This document shows positions 41,046-55,333 of a stretch of 64,000 nt of DNA, one piece after another. The first letter of the stretch is position 1; every line of letters starts with the position of its first letter. The stretch is taken from assembly GCF_009914755.1 (NCBI RefSeq), contig NC_060926.1; one strand, 5' to 3'. The translations under genes and the position numbers were made by a program. The DNA comes from the human T2T-CHM13v2.0 reference genome, Homo sapiens. The notes under the pieces were generated by a model. That model saw only the letters and a list, made by a program, of their open reading frames with translations, had not been told where the DNA came from and ran no database searches.

Positions 41046-41309
41046 TGATTAAGCTCAGAAGGGTGAGTACCTGGCTCAAGGTTTCACAGATGGTGAGTGG
41101 CAGAGCTGGGATACAAACACAGTAGGTTAAAATAACAGCTGCCCCAAGCAGCTAAGATACATCCAGGGTGTCCTTGGAGCACAGAGGAAGGCACTTTGCT
41201 TGGCTGGGAGGATCCTGGAGGATTGTGAAAGACTTTCTGAAAGTTTGTCAGCCATCCTCCTTGTCATATGTTCCTGGGTGGCCATTTCAATTCTATGAGT
41301 TATTCCAAG

Positions 41310-41440
41310 AAATCGCTAGAATTAAGCTTCATGAGGACAAAGGCTTGGCCCACTTTTGTTCACTTCTGCCCCTTAATACCTACAACAATGCCTGACATGT
41401 AGTAGAAGCTCAATAAATATTTGTTGATGAATGAATGAGA
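41310..41440 (+). mobile_element. L2 3' terminus
   Basis: gctcaataaatatttgttgatgaatgaatga. Confidence 0.75.
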
Positions 41441-41808
41441 ATGATTATCTTAGAAAGCTAATCATTAAACAAACAAACTCTTTAAACACTGGTTTCACCT
41501 AGATCCTAATTTTTCTAGGGGCTTCACAGTTGCCATTTGGAGAGAGAGATTGAGGTAAGTAAACAACACAAAATCTATTCAGGAAAAGCCCTGTCAGATT
41601 CTTGCAGAGTAGATTCTAACATGAACCAAATGGGCAACATAACAAGTTGTAGAAAGTAAGAACACCATTTCCATCCAATATCTGACTCACCTTCCACTAA
41701 CGATTGTTATATCTGCCCATAGTATGTTCACTATAGGGAACATAACATCTTTGATGCAGAGTGAAAGCATGTTCCCTGTGTGACTAACTCATTGCAGAAA
41801 ACAAATCC

Positions 41809-42133
41809 TTTTTTTCTCTTTTTTTTGTTTTTTTGAGACGGAGTTTCGCTCTTGTTGAGTAGGCTGGAGTGCAATGTCGCGATCTTGGCTCACTGGTTCT
41901 GAGGCGCAATCTGCCTCCTGGGTTCTCCTGGGTTCAAGCGATTCTCTGCCTCAGCCTCCCAAGTAGCTGGGATTACAGGCATGCACCACCAGGCCTGGCT
42001 AATTTTGTATTTTTAGTAGAGATGGGGTTTCTCCATGTTGGTCAGGCCAGTCTCGAACTCCAGACCTCAGGTCATCCACCTGCCTCGGCCTCCCATAGTG
42101 CTGGGATTACAGGTGTGAGCCATCGTGCTGGCC
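41809..42133 (-). mobile_element. AluSp with internal insertion and duplication
   Basis: Sp diagnostics (gctcttgttg, tgcaatg, tttctccatgttggtcagg); flanks caaatccttt / caaattccttt. Confidence 0.95.
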
Positions 42134-42552
42134 CAAATTCCTTTCTATAAAAAATGCAAATCTATGATATGAAAATCAAACAGCATCATAAGAATAAATT
42201 CCCCAATGATAGAAATTTTAACAGCTAGAGTTGCTGGTGTGAAGGTCTTAAATCAACAGAATCAAAATCAGTCATAGACTTCACATCACATTAGCAACAC
42301 TAGGACAAAAGGGAACATCCAGTATTCCTAGGGAACAGTGAGAGGAGCCTTTTCATTGGGTATATCAAAACGTAGCATGCTAATTTGATTCTTCCTTCAC
42401 AGACAAAAGGATGGCTACTTCGTGATAAGTTCTATTTACTCTGTCGTCCCAAGGTTTGATTATGTTCTTAAGAGAGATTAGGAATCTTTCTGGATAATAG
42501 GAATCATGAGGAACTCATCAACTTGTATAATTTTGTCAAGAAAAACATGAGA

Positions 42553-42866
<314 letters not shown>

Positions 42867-42948
42867 TCACTGGTGGAACCATGTATAACACATCTGGTAA
42901 TGTATTTGGTCACATATAAAATAGCCAAAGAGATATTTTAAAGTTTAA

Positions 42949-43284
<336 letters not shown>

Positions 43285-43409
43285 ACATTTAAATTTTTTT
43301 AAAGTTCCTGAAAAAAATCCTTCTTGAAAGCTCAGGAGATAGAGTTAATCATTTTCACAAGGCTACAAAAAGGATTTTGAAGTGATGATATGGCAAGATC
43401 ATGTAATAA

Positions 43410-44040
43410 ATTTATTGTGCATATTTAATAAACGTAAAAGGTATAAAAATTACACAGTGGACATACATAGAGTTTCCATCTACCTCCCTGCCTAGAAGTA
43501 AGTCTCTGCCAGTCCTGTTGAGGCCCTGTGCACCTCCCAACTGTTGCTTCTGTCTTCTTCCCACTCACCATACAATGACCATTTTCTAAATTGTGTATAA
43601 AGCATCATCACATATATCCTTATAATTTTACTAGGCAAATTTTGTATAATATTGCTCTATGTGTTTTAAAAGTTTATACAAATACGGTCATCATAGTGTA
43701 TGTATTCTCTGGCAACTTGCTTTTTCCATTCAATGCTTGCGAGAGTTACCCATGTTGTTATATATAATTCTAGGCCATTCCTTCATACTGATGTATGCTA
43801 TTTCCATCTATTATTATACCACTGTCTATTTACCCATTTCCTGGAAGATGAAAATTTATATTTTTCTAATATTTCTTGCTATTACATACAATGCAGCTAT
43901 GAACCACCTTGTACATGTTTCCTTGTGAATTTGTGTGAGTTCTCTCTCTCTGTGTATATGAATATGTACATGTATATGTAAAATTGCTGGGTCATAGAAT
44001 GACTTCTTTTCTATGTTTGAATTTTCATTATAGTTATAGA
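43410..44040 (-). mobile_element. L1ME 3' fragment
   Basis: ggcaacttgctttttccattcaa, caatgcagctatgaaccaccttgtacatg, aattgctgggtcatag. Confidence 0.75.
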
Positions 44041-44069
44041 CTGGTAGGGCTGTATGGAACTTTTGAGAA

Positions 44070-44160
44070 AAATCTCCTATTAATTCTCTCATTTTATAGG
44101 TGAGGAAACTCAAGGTGAAGGAAGGTGAAGTGACTTGTTCAAGGTCCCAGGGCAGTTACA
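44070..44160 (-). mobile_element. MIR core
   Basis: ctcattttataggtgaggaaactcaagg...aagtgacttgttcaaggtc. Confidence 0.7.
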
Positions 44161-45332
44161 GAAAGATTTATTGTTGCCAATAAAAATTACTACCGTGGTA
44201 TTTGCCAGCTGATGATTTTTCCATTTCCACCTTTCCATGTGTGTTAATTGAAATCTTCTATAAGGAAGAACTTTTCCTTCTGGGTAGATTATAAGTCCCC
44301 AGCCTCCCGGTTCTGCCCTCTGAGATAATCTTTGTAAACTATGTGTAGCATAAACCTTTGGGCCAGATAGCTTTTCATGTTGTAAGTGTATGGACAGTGG
44401 GGCCAGCAGCCCTCATGCTATGTAACAGCATCACAGGCTGCTGTACCAAGGCAATACCAAGTATCAAGGCAGACACAGACAGGGTTCTTTCCATCATCAA
44501 TAAGGGGGTGCTCCAAAGAAGAGCTGCAGATTGCTTGTGCCAGGTTGGTGGTTCACAGCTCCAGGTGATGTATTTCTGACCTTCTCCCTAGTAATAATCA
44601 TTACAAAGTAACAATGTGAAATTCACTGTGCTTTTGGGAACAAGTTTGCCTATACAGCTGTTCTGTTAGCATCTAAATGTACATGTGTATATAGATTAAA
44701 CAGAGTAAACAGCATGAACATATGTGAAACTGTTAGAAACAGGGGCATTTTTAGAAGCATGAGGCTGCTAAAAAGAATATTTGAAAATCCACAAAAATAC
44801 CCAATACCCGCTGGATCCAGACTTCTTTGTCATGAGGAACTGTATCATTAACTTCTCACGCAGATCATGGGGAACCTTGGTTTTCAAGGACAATGGCAAG
44901 TACCTCAGCTAGTGAAAAGCAACTTACTGGAAAATCTCATTTATAATCAGATATGTTTTTATTAGGCTTTCATCCTGCTCGCCTGACATATGTCCCACTC
45001 AGAAAAATAGCAGTCTTTAAAAAAGCATCATTTGAACAGAACGGCTAAAATTACCTTCAAAAATAATTCTAAAGATTGGTTACCAGTCACCCATCACCAC
45101 ATTGAAAAACTTTCTGGTTTGTAATTTATCTGCAAGGCATCTTTTATTTGTAAAGTGAGAAATCACCATTTCTGTGAACATTTTAATCATGAAATTTTTT
45201 GCAAATTTATGTATCTATACATGTACTTAGGAATATATATTCTTTATCTATTCATCTAACTCCTTTGAATCTACTGAAAGTCCATAAACATTAGGAAGGT
45301 TTTACTGCTGAGGTGGCAAATCATCACTGTAA

Positions 45333-45869
<537 letters not shown>

Positions 45870-46234
45870 TAACTCCAGTTATTATGACTAAAGAAAAAAA
45901 GTGTTCTATTTAATTTTGAAGTGAACTTTCTCCCTGCTTCAGACTAGCACTGATAATACAAGGGCCTGCCAAGAACCTGAGTGAATGACTTGTTTGATGC
46001 TGTGCTTTTGTTGATGGCACAAATAAAACCGGCAAAATGCAGGAAGTAGAGATAAGAATTACTCTAGATGTTGAAAATGGCAGAAGATTAGAGACCACAA
46101 GGCCCCAGCAGTCAGTTCATTCAAACCACAATCACCAGGCAAAGAAGCTGTGTAAGCCATGGCTAGAAGGAGCGCACTCCAGCTGCTCCTGCATTCACTT
46201 CCACACAGCCCTTCGCTGCTAGATGTTGCTGCCT

Positions 46235-46345
46235 TCTCTCTTCCCCACTGGGCTCTGAGTCCCTGAAGGTAAGAACCGTGTCCTATCTGCTTGTACATTA
46301 CCAGCAACTAGCACAGTGCCTGGCACAAAGAAACCATTAAGAAGT
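46235..46345 (+). mobile_element. L2 3' end
   Basis: ctgagtccctgaaggtaagaaccgtgtc...ctagcacagtgcctggcaca. Confidence 0.65.
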
Positions 46346-47834
46346 GCTATTTGGCTACATTTCTCATTTTTTAGTCAGTTTTGATATCATATGGATGGGG
46401 ATATGGAATGAGTATATGGAAAAATTCTTTGAAATATGTCAAGAATTACCAAAATACTTCCTCCATCAACCTACTACAGGGGCTGCTGACCTAATGTTAT
46501 AATAATATATAATTTCAATGAGTTAAGTCATCAGGCTCTGTTAAAATATAATAATGTTTGGGATAGAGTAATGGCTTAAGTTTTGTCAGTCATTAACACC
46601 TTATTACTAATCAGTTTACTTTCATCCTTTCCAGTATGGGGTTGGTTGAGCGCAGGCAACTGTGGAAGTTGAGGACACTGAACATAGCTGGCTTTTAATA
46701 AACTTTTGTTGAATGATGAATGAATGTTTGCCTAGCAGTAGAAACATTTGTTGAGTTCCCACTGTAATTTTTTTAAATGAATTGTCTAGATATTAATCTA
46801 ATTTTTAAAAGAATTGGTCAAACTATCACATTGAACAATTTAAAATAGTTTAGTGCATTTTTCTGTCATCATCAGATGCTTTCGAGAAATGCTATTTACT
46901 GCATCCCTTTCGAGAGACAAATACAAAGAAACCATCAGACTGGGCATTTTCCATAATTGCTGATGAGTGTAGATCACAAAGAGAGGTGGCAAATTTTCAA
47001 TTTGAAGATAAGTCTGATTAATTTAGGAAGCCGATCTTAAAAGCATTGAGCACCCAAGTGGATTTATCTGAATTATTGGAAAATTATTTGCTTAAATCAT
47101 GCTCTGAGGCATTGTGTCATGGAGAACTGATCACAGACAACTTAGTGACTTTGGACAAATTACTCAACCTCTATAAGCCCAGTTTTCCCTATTTATCAGA
47201 TGGGGCTAACAATATCTACCTTGCACATTGATATGATAATTCAGTATCAAAAAGTTATTTTGAGAACTCATTATGTCAGGCAGTGTGTCAGGTTTTGTGG
47301 GTTCCAAGAGTGAGCTAAAGAGTAAGGTGTCTGCATTCATAGAGCTTCCATTTCAGTGCTGATACAGGAAGATACTGTAATGCCTAGAATGGTGCTGGGC
47401 ATGGAGCAGGCACCTAGAGGATGAGATATAGCGTTATGTAATCACAACCTGTTGAGGATCAGTGCTAAACTGTTTATTGCTACCCAATAGCAACAACCCC
47501 TGTGACTGTATTAAAGCTACAGAATTTTCAACCCCTGGTGCACCAACTTAGCTCAACTTCACACAAGAAGCCTCTAATTGCAGTCTTAGCCCCACCAGAC
47601 TGGGTCCGAGTATCACTGACTTGGAGCCTCCACATCCACCCTGCACTCCCAGTGGTGGGGCCTGGCATTAGCTGAATTGCTAACACTTAGCATGCTAACA
47701 CAAAGTGTGTTTGGAACTAGCTTTAGACATTTGCATCCTCAAATTTCTGCTGTTTCTAATGCCCAAATGTTTCCTGGATTGGCCCCAGTTTCCCCTTGAG
47801 TACTCTTGGACTGCTATATAACTGCAGAGTAACT

Positions 47835-48480
47835 AAGAACATTTTGGAGTCCAACTACTTGGTTCAAATTCCAGATATACTATTTAATATTGTGAGCAAT
47901 TTACTGAATCACTCCAAACCTCAGTTTCCTCATGTGTACTGTGGGGTTAATGAGAAAAGAAAAAACAGCTCAGAGCAGTCTGAGCTCCTTGAAGGCCCAG
48001 AGAGTAATGAGTATGGGACTTCAGTCACGCTCCCCACTCCCCTAACCCATGCTTGGGGGCCACTGTTGAAAGTCATTTTGTTTCTGACTAGCTACCTCAC
48101 CCACTATCTTCATGTTCCTAGAATTTGTGATACAAGAGACAATGTAACAAAGCCAATCAATAGCTTATGTTATGTTAATGTAAATTCTTGGTAAACAATG
48201 TAGAAAATACCTTTCCTTTCCTTTTGAAAATCCACTTGTAACTGCTGCTAATTGGACTGTATATTTAAGGCAACTTGAATCCATGCTCCGGGGTTGCAGT
48301 CCTCAATCTTGGCCCAAATAAACTCTCTACTTATATTAATTTTGCCACAGTTTCTTTCTTTTAGGTTGACATTAATAATAGTACCTATTTTAATAGGACT
48401 GCTTTCACTGTTGAATGGCATAATGTATATATAAAGGTCCTAAGTAAGCACTCAAAAAGTATTAGTTGTTGTTTTTATTA
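47835..48480 (+). mobile_element. MIR split by ERV1 LTR (47835-47950 and 48372-48480)
   Basis: ttggagtccaactacttggttcaaattcc...cctcagtttcctcat then taataatagtacctat...taagcactcaaaa. Confidence 0.75.
47951..48371 (+). mobile_element. ERV1 (MER4-group, LTR56-like) solo LTR
   Basis: TGAGAAAAG...AGGTTGACA termini, AATAAA, perfect 4-bp TSD ttaa at 47947-47950 and 48372-48375; subfamily name uncertain. Confidence 0.8.
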
Positions 48481-48664
48481 CTAATAGTGGAAGGTGCATA
48501 GGTCATCTTTGTTGATTTACATGCAGATAAATAGTACAGGGCATTTGTATCATCCCTTTGAAGTTATAACATTTGTAATTTTAGATCTCTCTGCCCACTC
48601 CAACAAGCATCATCTTTTATGGTGCATGTTTTATTAAGTTTTCTGGCTGAGTGATTCCTTTTTT

Positions 48665-48820
48665 TATAAGGTACTTTACATTGTCAAAGCTCTTTCATAA
48701 AATTAATCTCTTTTCACTGCCACAAGGATCCTAGGAGATTAGAATGGGTGATATGCCTATACCCCTGTTGCTGACAAGGAAACTGAGGCAAAGAGAGATC
48801 CGACTCTCAAAGCTGGTGAA
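48665..48820 (-). mobile_element. MIR
   Basis: ctgacaaggaaactgaggcaaagagag. Confidence 0.6.
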
Positions 48821-49388
48821 ATTACTACTTAATTATCAAATCCTTATTCACTGCAGGGACTCAGAAACAGGCACAGAAATCATTTCAGAAAGTTGCTCAG
48901 CAGTAACTGGAAAACGTTTTCAGTGAGTTGGAAAATCAGAGTGAATCATTAACCCCCAGGCTCAGGTTGTGAAACTTAGAAATTCACATTAAGGATTTTG
49001 TTTGTTTTTGTATTTTAATCTTGTGAATTCTGCTTTCATATGCCATTTGAATGACATAGAATCCCAAGGACACACAAGGTCTTTAGAAATTAAAGTCATA
49101 AGTTTTTGTGGATGTTTTGAAAGCCTTTCCACATTTCCATGAATCTCATATATTTTTTTCCTTTTAGAGCATGGCAAGAAATCTTGCCTCTAGGAATGAG
49201 TCAGAAACCTGTCTCCAAAAGGCAGGGCTCTACCCTGCCCAGCCTGGCCCTTTCCTAGAGTGACTTTCTCCCTCTAGGGGAGGAAAGCAGTGAGCTTCCT
49301 TTTTGGTTTCTTCAACTGTATCATGACTTTTAGGTTGAGTAGTCAGGGCAGAAGAACCAACAATAATCCAGACTTCCAGAAACTAATT

Positions 49389-49875
49389 GTACGGGGAGCC
49401 TAATATCCTCTTGGCTCACCCACCCCTCTCCTGCCATTGCTGCTACACGCAGTGCCTCAGCGGTCCTGCGGATCACATACTTTCTGCCCTGGCACTTCAC
49501 ACATGACTTCATGTGTGAGAACAGGGATGAGACAGCTGCAGGAATGCCCAGTCATCAGGCACACACAACATGGAAGTACATGAGAGTTAACATCCCACAG
49601 ATCAACATTTGGTTGATGAGGATGGTGGGTGGCGGACAATTTTGAAGTGCGATATATGAGACTTCTCAGATGGTCCCTGCAGGATCAAGACTGGCTGACC
49701 ATAGTGGAGAACAACAAAGAAATGTGTCCTTCCTTTCACTGGCTTCCCTCCTTCCCCATTTCACTGTCCCAGCCCCTCACTCTTATTCTTGGTGTCATTT
49801 CCAAAACTAAACTACCTGAATGCAAGCCTTTATCTCCAACTTTGCTTTGGGAGAGGACACAGGGGCCTCAAGCTA
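49389..49875 (+). mobile_element. LTR33-type ERVL LTR
   Basis: ggaagtacatgagagttaac...ggcggacaattttga...ttccctccttcccc...aaactacctgaatgcaagcct. Confidence 0.75.
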
Positions 49876-49974
49876 GTGTTTAAACTGATTACAGAACACC
49901 TGGAAAGAGTCAACATTATCACATAATATATCCCCAATTAAAATGACAATGATTTCTTGATTCTTCCATTAGAG

Positions 49975-50150
49975 AGGGAAGCATGGTGATTGAAGAAAAA
50001 GCCCTGAAAGAGGAGGTGTGGGTTCCAGTTTTACCAATAATGAGTTATGTGACCTAAGCTACGCTATTTAACCATTTGGACCTCTGTGCCTGATCAGCAA
50101 AAAAGGAGATGAATTGGATTGCATCATTTCTAAGATCCTTCCGATTCCAC
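49975..50150 (+). mobile_element. MIR3/MIRc
   Basis: gtgggttccagtt...tgtgacct...tggacctctg...tctaagatccttcc. Confidence 0.6.
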
Positions 50151-50809
50151 AATTGCACATTTATTAAATAAAAACATCGGGGCGACAGTTTGTAGTAGCT
50201 GCTTTCCCTCTCATTATAACTCTAGGGATTGTTCTGGCTAAAAATATGGCAATATTTTAATGCAACTTTAGACAGGCAAGTGAATCAATCCTCTGAAAGT
50301 CTAGATTAGAGAATGGGCAGCTATTCAGAACCTCAAAAAACAATAATGCTGATGAAAAGAGAACAAGCCAGCTTCTTTGGGAGTCAGCAAACATTAGCAG
50401 GGGCTGCAGCATTAAGATAAGAACAGAGTAATGAGAAAACGAGTTGCAACCAACTTCGTTGACTGCATGCCAGTGGTCACTCAGTGATTCGTCAAATCCC
50501 TAACAGAGCTTGATAAATGGACTCTGAGTGTTGATATTTTTTTTTCTCTCTTTAGAAGTTACTTGGAAAGATGGCTTGGGAAAATTCTTCTACTTTGAGG
50601 AAAATAACACAAGATCCTGCAAGTGTCAGGGACAGGCAATAAAACATTAAAAGGATACAGACTTTCCATAAATCCCAAATCAAGGAGCATTAATCCAGAA
50701 AATAGATGAAAGATCATGATATTTAAGTCAACCAAAGGGCCACAAAACATGCAAAATAAATAGGTTATAAAGCAAATGAGGTTGTAGATGTCACCATTTC
50801 TAAGACATG

Positions 50810-50910
50810 ACATAGGTACTGTTATCTCCATTTTATACTTGAAAGAAAGGCTCAGAGAAGTAAATAATTTATCTGATGACACACAGCTAATTAGTGGCAG
50901 AGCTGGGATT
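50810..50910 (-). mobile_element. MIR core
   Basis: aggctcagagaagtaaataattt...cacacagctaattagtggcagagctgggatt. Confidence 0.75.
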
Positions 50911-51401
50911 TTAATTTTTAAGTATATATTTTAAACTAATTAAAATTATATTTATCAAAGTAATACATGAACATAGTTAACAAATCAAATAGTACTAAAA
51001 GAGATACAATGAAATATAGCAGTGTTTTCTATTTTGCTGGCTTTTGTCCTTGGCCTGTGTTTCCTAATGCTTTCATTTGATTTTTTTTATTTTGGCTATC
51101 ATGTTCTTAATTTTTGAAAGTGCCTTCTTTTTCATAGTTGCTCCTACTACTATTTTTAAAAAGCATCCTGTTCTTGTTTCATGGATGCAATATCTTAGCT
51201 CTCTGAGAATTCTAACAACAGTTTTTAGTTTTGTTTTCTTCCTCTCCCTGTTTTCTCTGAATTTCATTTTTTTTTTCTGTTTGTTTGGCCTCTGTCTTTC
51301 CTATCGGATGCTGAAAAAATGTTCTGTGATTCTTGGTTTTCTGCATGTAATAGTAAGGTATTAAAAAGCTAAATGGGAGTTGTGTGTGGGGGGGGAGGGG
51401 T

Positions 51402-51775
51402 ATAATTGCTAGATAAAATAATTTGTTTCCGTTAAAAATAATTATTTTAAAAATATTTTATTGATACATAATATTTATACATATTTATTGGGTACATATG
51501 ACATTTTGTTACATGCATAGAATGTGCCATGATCAAGTAAGGGTATTTAGGATATCTGTCACCTTGAATATTTATCATTTCTATTTGTTAGGAACATTTC
51601 AAGTCCTCTCTTGTAGCTATTCTGAAATATACAAAAAATAATTTTTAGTATAAATATGTCCCAAATGTTTCATGGGACATCTAACTATCTATTCTAAAAA
51701 AGTATTTATTGTTTATCTGAAATTTAAATGTAACTGGACTTTCTGTACTTCTACTTGCTAAATCTGACAACCCTG
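51402..51775. mobile_element. MER53 palindromic hAT MITE, interrupted by L1MA
   Basis: ttgctagataaaata left end; tttttagtataaatatgtcccaaat...tgggacat...gtttatctgaaattta...gctaaatctgacaaccct right part. Confidence 0.82.
51444..51633 (-). mobile_element. L1MA (L1MA3/4-like) 3' end, 5'-truncated
   Basis: tttattgatacataat...gggtacat...gatcaagt...ggaacatttcaagtcctctc; TSD aaaaataatt at 51434-51443 and 51634-51643. Confidence 0.85.
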
Positions 51776-52149
51776 GGTGTATGGCTTATAGACTCCTAGC
51801 TTCTAAGTGCTTGGCTATGGCCTACAGGTTTTCAATCCAGAGACTGGTTCCACTTAACTTAATCTCTTCTTCTGAGCACTGTATCTCATTCCCACCCTGT
51901 GCCTCTCCTCAGTTCAGAGCTCTTCATTTTATTTCTCCAGAGGATACATTTCTGGCCTTCTAAAGGTAGAATAAGGGGAGTGACCTGGCTGTGTTAGTAG
52001 AGGACTTCCTGGGTGCTAAGCATTCTATATACTGATTTTCTAGCAATCTCTTTGAGCTTTTCGTGTCTTAAGCTTTGAACATCCCTTACAATTGAACCTA
52101 ATTCTAACTGATGCAATGCCACAGTGCTTTTCAAAGGGAGTCATTTCAA

Positions 52150-53190
52150 AGCGAATGGCACAAGACTTCCTAGAAAAAGTGACAGAAGAGACAGATCTTA
52201 AAGGATGGTCAGTCAGGAAGATGGCGAGTGGAGGAACAGGATTCGATGTGGGAATGGTGATACATCAGGGCACAGGGGGCATTACACAGGGTGTTCCAAA
52301 GGGTAATGCGTAGACTAGTCTGGTTGACGTAGACCAATCATGTAGGGGAGAAGTGGAAGGTAAGAATGAAAAAAGGTTGGGGGCAGATTATAGAGGGCCT
52401 TGAAAGTCAAACCAAGTTTAGAACTTCCTTTGAAAGCAATGTGGACACTGAAGGTTTTTGAGATGGAAGCTGGAGGTCTACAGTGTGAGGAAGTTTGGAG
52501 TGAAGAATTTCAGAGTCTTCTACACACAGGTCATAACATAAATATAGGTAACATAGAAATGAGGCCAGGGGAGTGGTCTGAGTAGAGAAAGAAGAACATG
52601 TTTCAAGAGCTTATACACAGGAGCAAGGAGAAAAGAAACCTGCCAAGGATCTAGAAAAGAAGAGAGAAAGGCAGCTGGAGATTGGGCAAGCAAGGAGAGT
52701 AGAAATTAATAATAACTAACTAAACCTTCAGATATCTCAGAGAAGATGGAAACTATCAAAAATGAGTACAGGCCATTGAATTTGAGGAAAGAAATGTCTC
52801 TGGTGACCTCTGAGTGTACAATTTTGATAGAGTGTGGAGATGGACTCTGCTCTTCACGGTGTAAATGGGTGTTAGGAAAATAGAGGTACTAAATGTGCTC
52901 TGTTTATTTAAAAAGGTAGACAGTAAAAGAAAGGTAAATAAAAAAGCAATTAAAGATCTCCATGGGGTCAAATGAAAAATTTTTTTAAGGGAGTGACAGG
53001 CTTTGGTCTTTAAGATAGGAGAAAATTGTGCAAATGAGTGGTGGAAGAAATTTCCAGGCTGCTAAGAGAGATGGCGCCTGATAGAGCAGGTCCCACTGGA
53101 AATGGGAGGGTGCAATTTCCAGCTTAGAGAAAGGCCTGAACTTTGGTGAAAAGGAGAGAAAGCCCTTCTAAGAAAGAGATAGAAAAGAAT
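52150..53190 (-). mobile_element. L2 fragment
   Basis: ggggcagattatagagggccttgaaag...actgaaggtttttgag...tggtgacctc antisense L2 motifs. Confidence 0.7.
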
Positions 53191-54168
53191 CAAGGAATGA
53201 ACTGTTGCATTGCTAGTTAATTTTCCATCACTGAATATTTTTCATCTTCGTTATCAATGCCATTATACAGCTGACCAGAAGTTAACAGTCTTAAATAGCA
53301 ATATTAGCTAGGATCTAAGATAAAAATGGCCATCACTTAGTTTCAGAGTTGTGTGTCAAACAAGCTCATAAAACAGAAGAAAAATAGAAATCTTGTGACT
53401 GTAGCCCTGACTCTCTTGGCTTATACACACCACTTTAATGGACTTCATTTATATCAGAGAGAAACAACAACAAAAAAAGTTTAGCTGGTTTACACATTGA
53501 TATCAATGCTAGAATAACAGGTAACCTCCAGTGTAGACCTGGAGATTAGTTACAGGATGGAACTTCCATTTGTCAAACAGATCAAATGCCAATACCTACT
53601 CAAAGTACAGCGTGAGGTCTGTTGCCAATATTGACTGCTTCAAAAGCTGCATAAGGTCACTATATTCCTTGGAGGACAGGTTAGCAAAGATATTGTGACC
53701 CTGTAATGAGAAAGTAAAAAGTCACAAAAGACATTAAATCTGTGGTTGTTGATTACATGTTTTTCCTCTATTTAAAAAAAAGTCTGGGAACATTAAAAAA
53801 ATCACTTTTTAAAAAGCATAGTGAAATTTTGTATAAATATAAACAGATTCTCTGGCAAACCTAGCAAAGCCAGAATGCAGTCATTTTTGACAAAGTCTAA
53901 CAAGGGACACTTTGTTACATGCTTAGTCTCAAAGGGAAAATCTGAAATTGTTGGAACTTATCTTACTATGAATATGTTGTGCCCACAATTCCATCTGACT
54001 ACCCATTTCCTATGGAATTACTTAGAGGAGAAGTTTGTGAAACATTTGGGAACATTTCTCCCCCTAAAATAAATGCTATTTTCACTACCAGTGAAGGTTT
54101 AAGCTGGCATTTTGGAAACACTTGCTATGGCAACAAATGACTTTAAGAAGAATAAAAAGCCATTAGAA

Positions 54169-54377
54169 CAGTGGTTCTCAGCTGGGGGCCGTTTTGACAA
54201 TGGGGAACTTTAGCAAGGTCTAGTGACATTTTTGATTGTCACAAATGGCTAAGGTGCTACTGGCATCTAGCAGTGGAGGCCAGGGATGCTGCTACACATC
54301 CCATGATGCACAGGAGACCCCCACAACAAAGATTTACTGGCCCAACACGTCACTGCTGCTGAAGCGGAGGAACCGTG
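54169..54377 (+). mobile_element. MER20 hAT-Charlie MITE
   Basis: CAGTGGTTCTCA...gacatttttgattgtcac...gctactggcatctag...gaggccagggatgctgct...cacaacaaag. Confidence 0.92.
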
Positions 54378-55333
54378 CCTCCCACCATTAAGGTGCACTT
54401 TGATGAAGTGTGTGGCAGGCTAAATTCAGTATGGTGAATATGAATAATTCTGAATAGCTAGGATGCATAAGACATCGTTCTTGGCACAGTGGGACTCTAA
54501 AATGACGTTTACCTAAGTAAAGTTAGGATGACATCTTTATCCTCATACCTTTGACAGGTACCCTTGTTTTCATCAAAATTTGTGTTAGCTACACTTAGGC
54601 TAAAATATTTGTCTTTAGTAAGTGAAAAATCCTTCTGTAAAGTGACCAACAATTCACTTAGTTTGTTTTTAAAGTCAGGACTTTTCATTTTTTAGGTTTT
54701 CTTAGTGTGAAATATGAACTCATGAGCATCTGGCCTGGGAACTGGACCAGTTTTAAATCTCGTGTTGAGAGCCGGAAGATGCTGGAGAAGGAATGTGGTG
54801 GAATGACTGCCTGAGAATGAACCATTCTCCAGTGAGAGGTAAATTAATTATTTCAGGGAACTAGGATATCAACTAGTAAATTACGTCTTACCAGGCACCA
54901 GATGATTATCTGTTTCCCCAAGTTAATTTATTTCATTGGGTGAACCCGCCACTCCTTAAAGACTAGAGCATATTGGTTCTACCTGGGACCAGGTCCAATA
55001 TTAATAATAATTTTCAAATGAGCTCTTCAGACCCTTAATTCAGCTGTTAAGAAGAAGACAAATAACGAAAGGAATGCTGCACCATAATTCTGCCCAGGTT
55101 TTTTTGCCTGTGCATTACCCAATGATCAATCACAGGCAGGTGTTCTGGGGCCAGAGAAAAAGTGGTAGGAAGCTATGGAAAAGCAGTCACCTGGGTCCAG
55201 CGATGCACCCAGAATCTCCCAAAGAAACACAGCATTTAAGAGCAAGTTACAGTAAAAGTTAACATTGAGATATGAAGAAATCTGGTCTGAATTTGAGGAT
55301 GTGGATTATTTTATGAGGATGTGTGTTTTATTA

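Noticed and set aside
54255-54280. MER20 CTCF motif
   Set aside because: The consensus CTGGCATCTAGTGG core is altered to CTGGCATCTAGCAG in this copy
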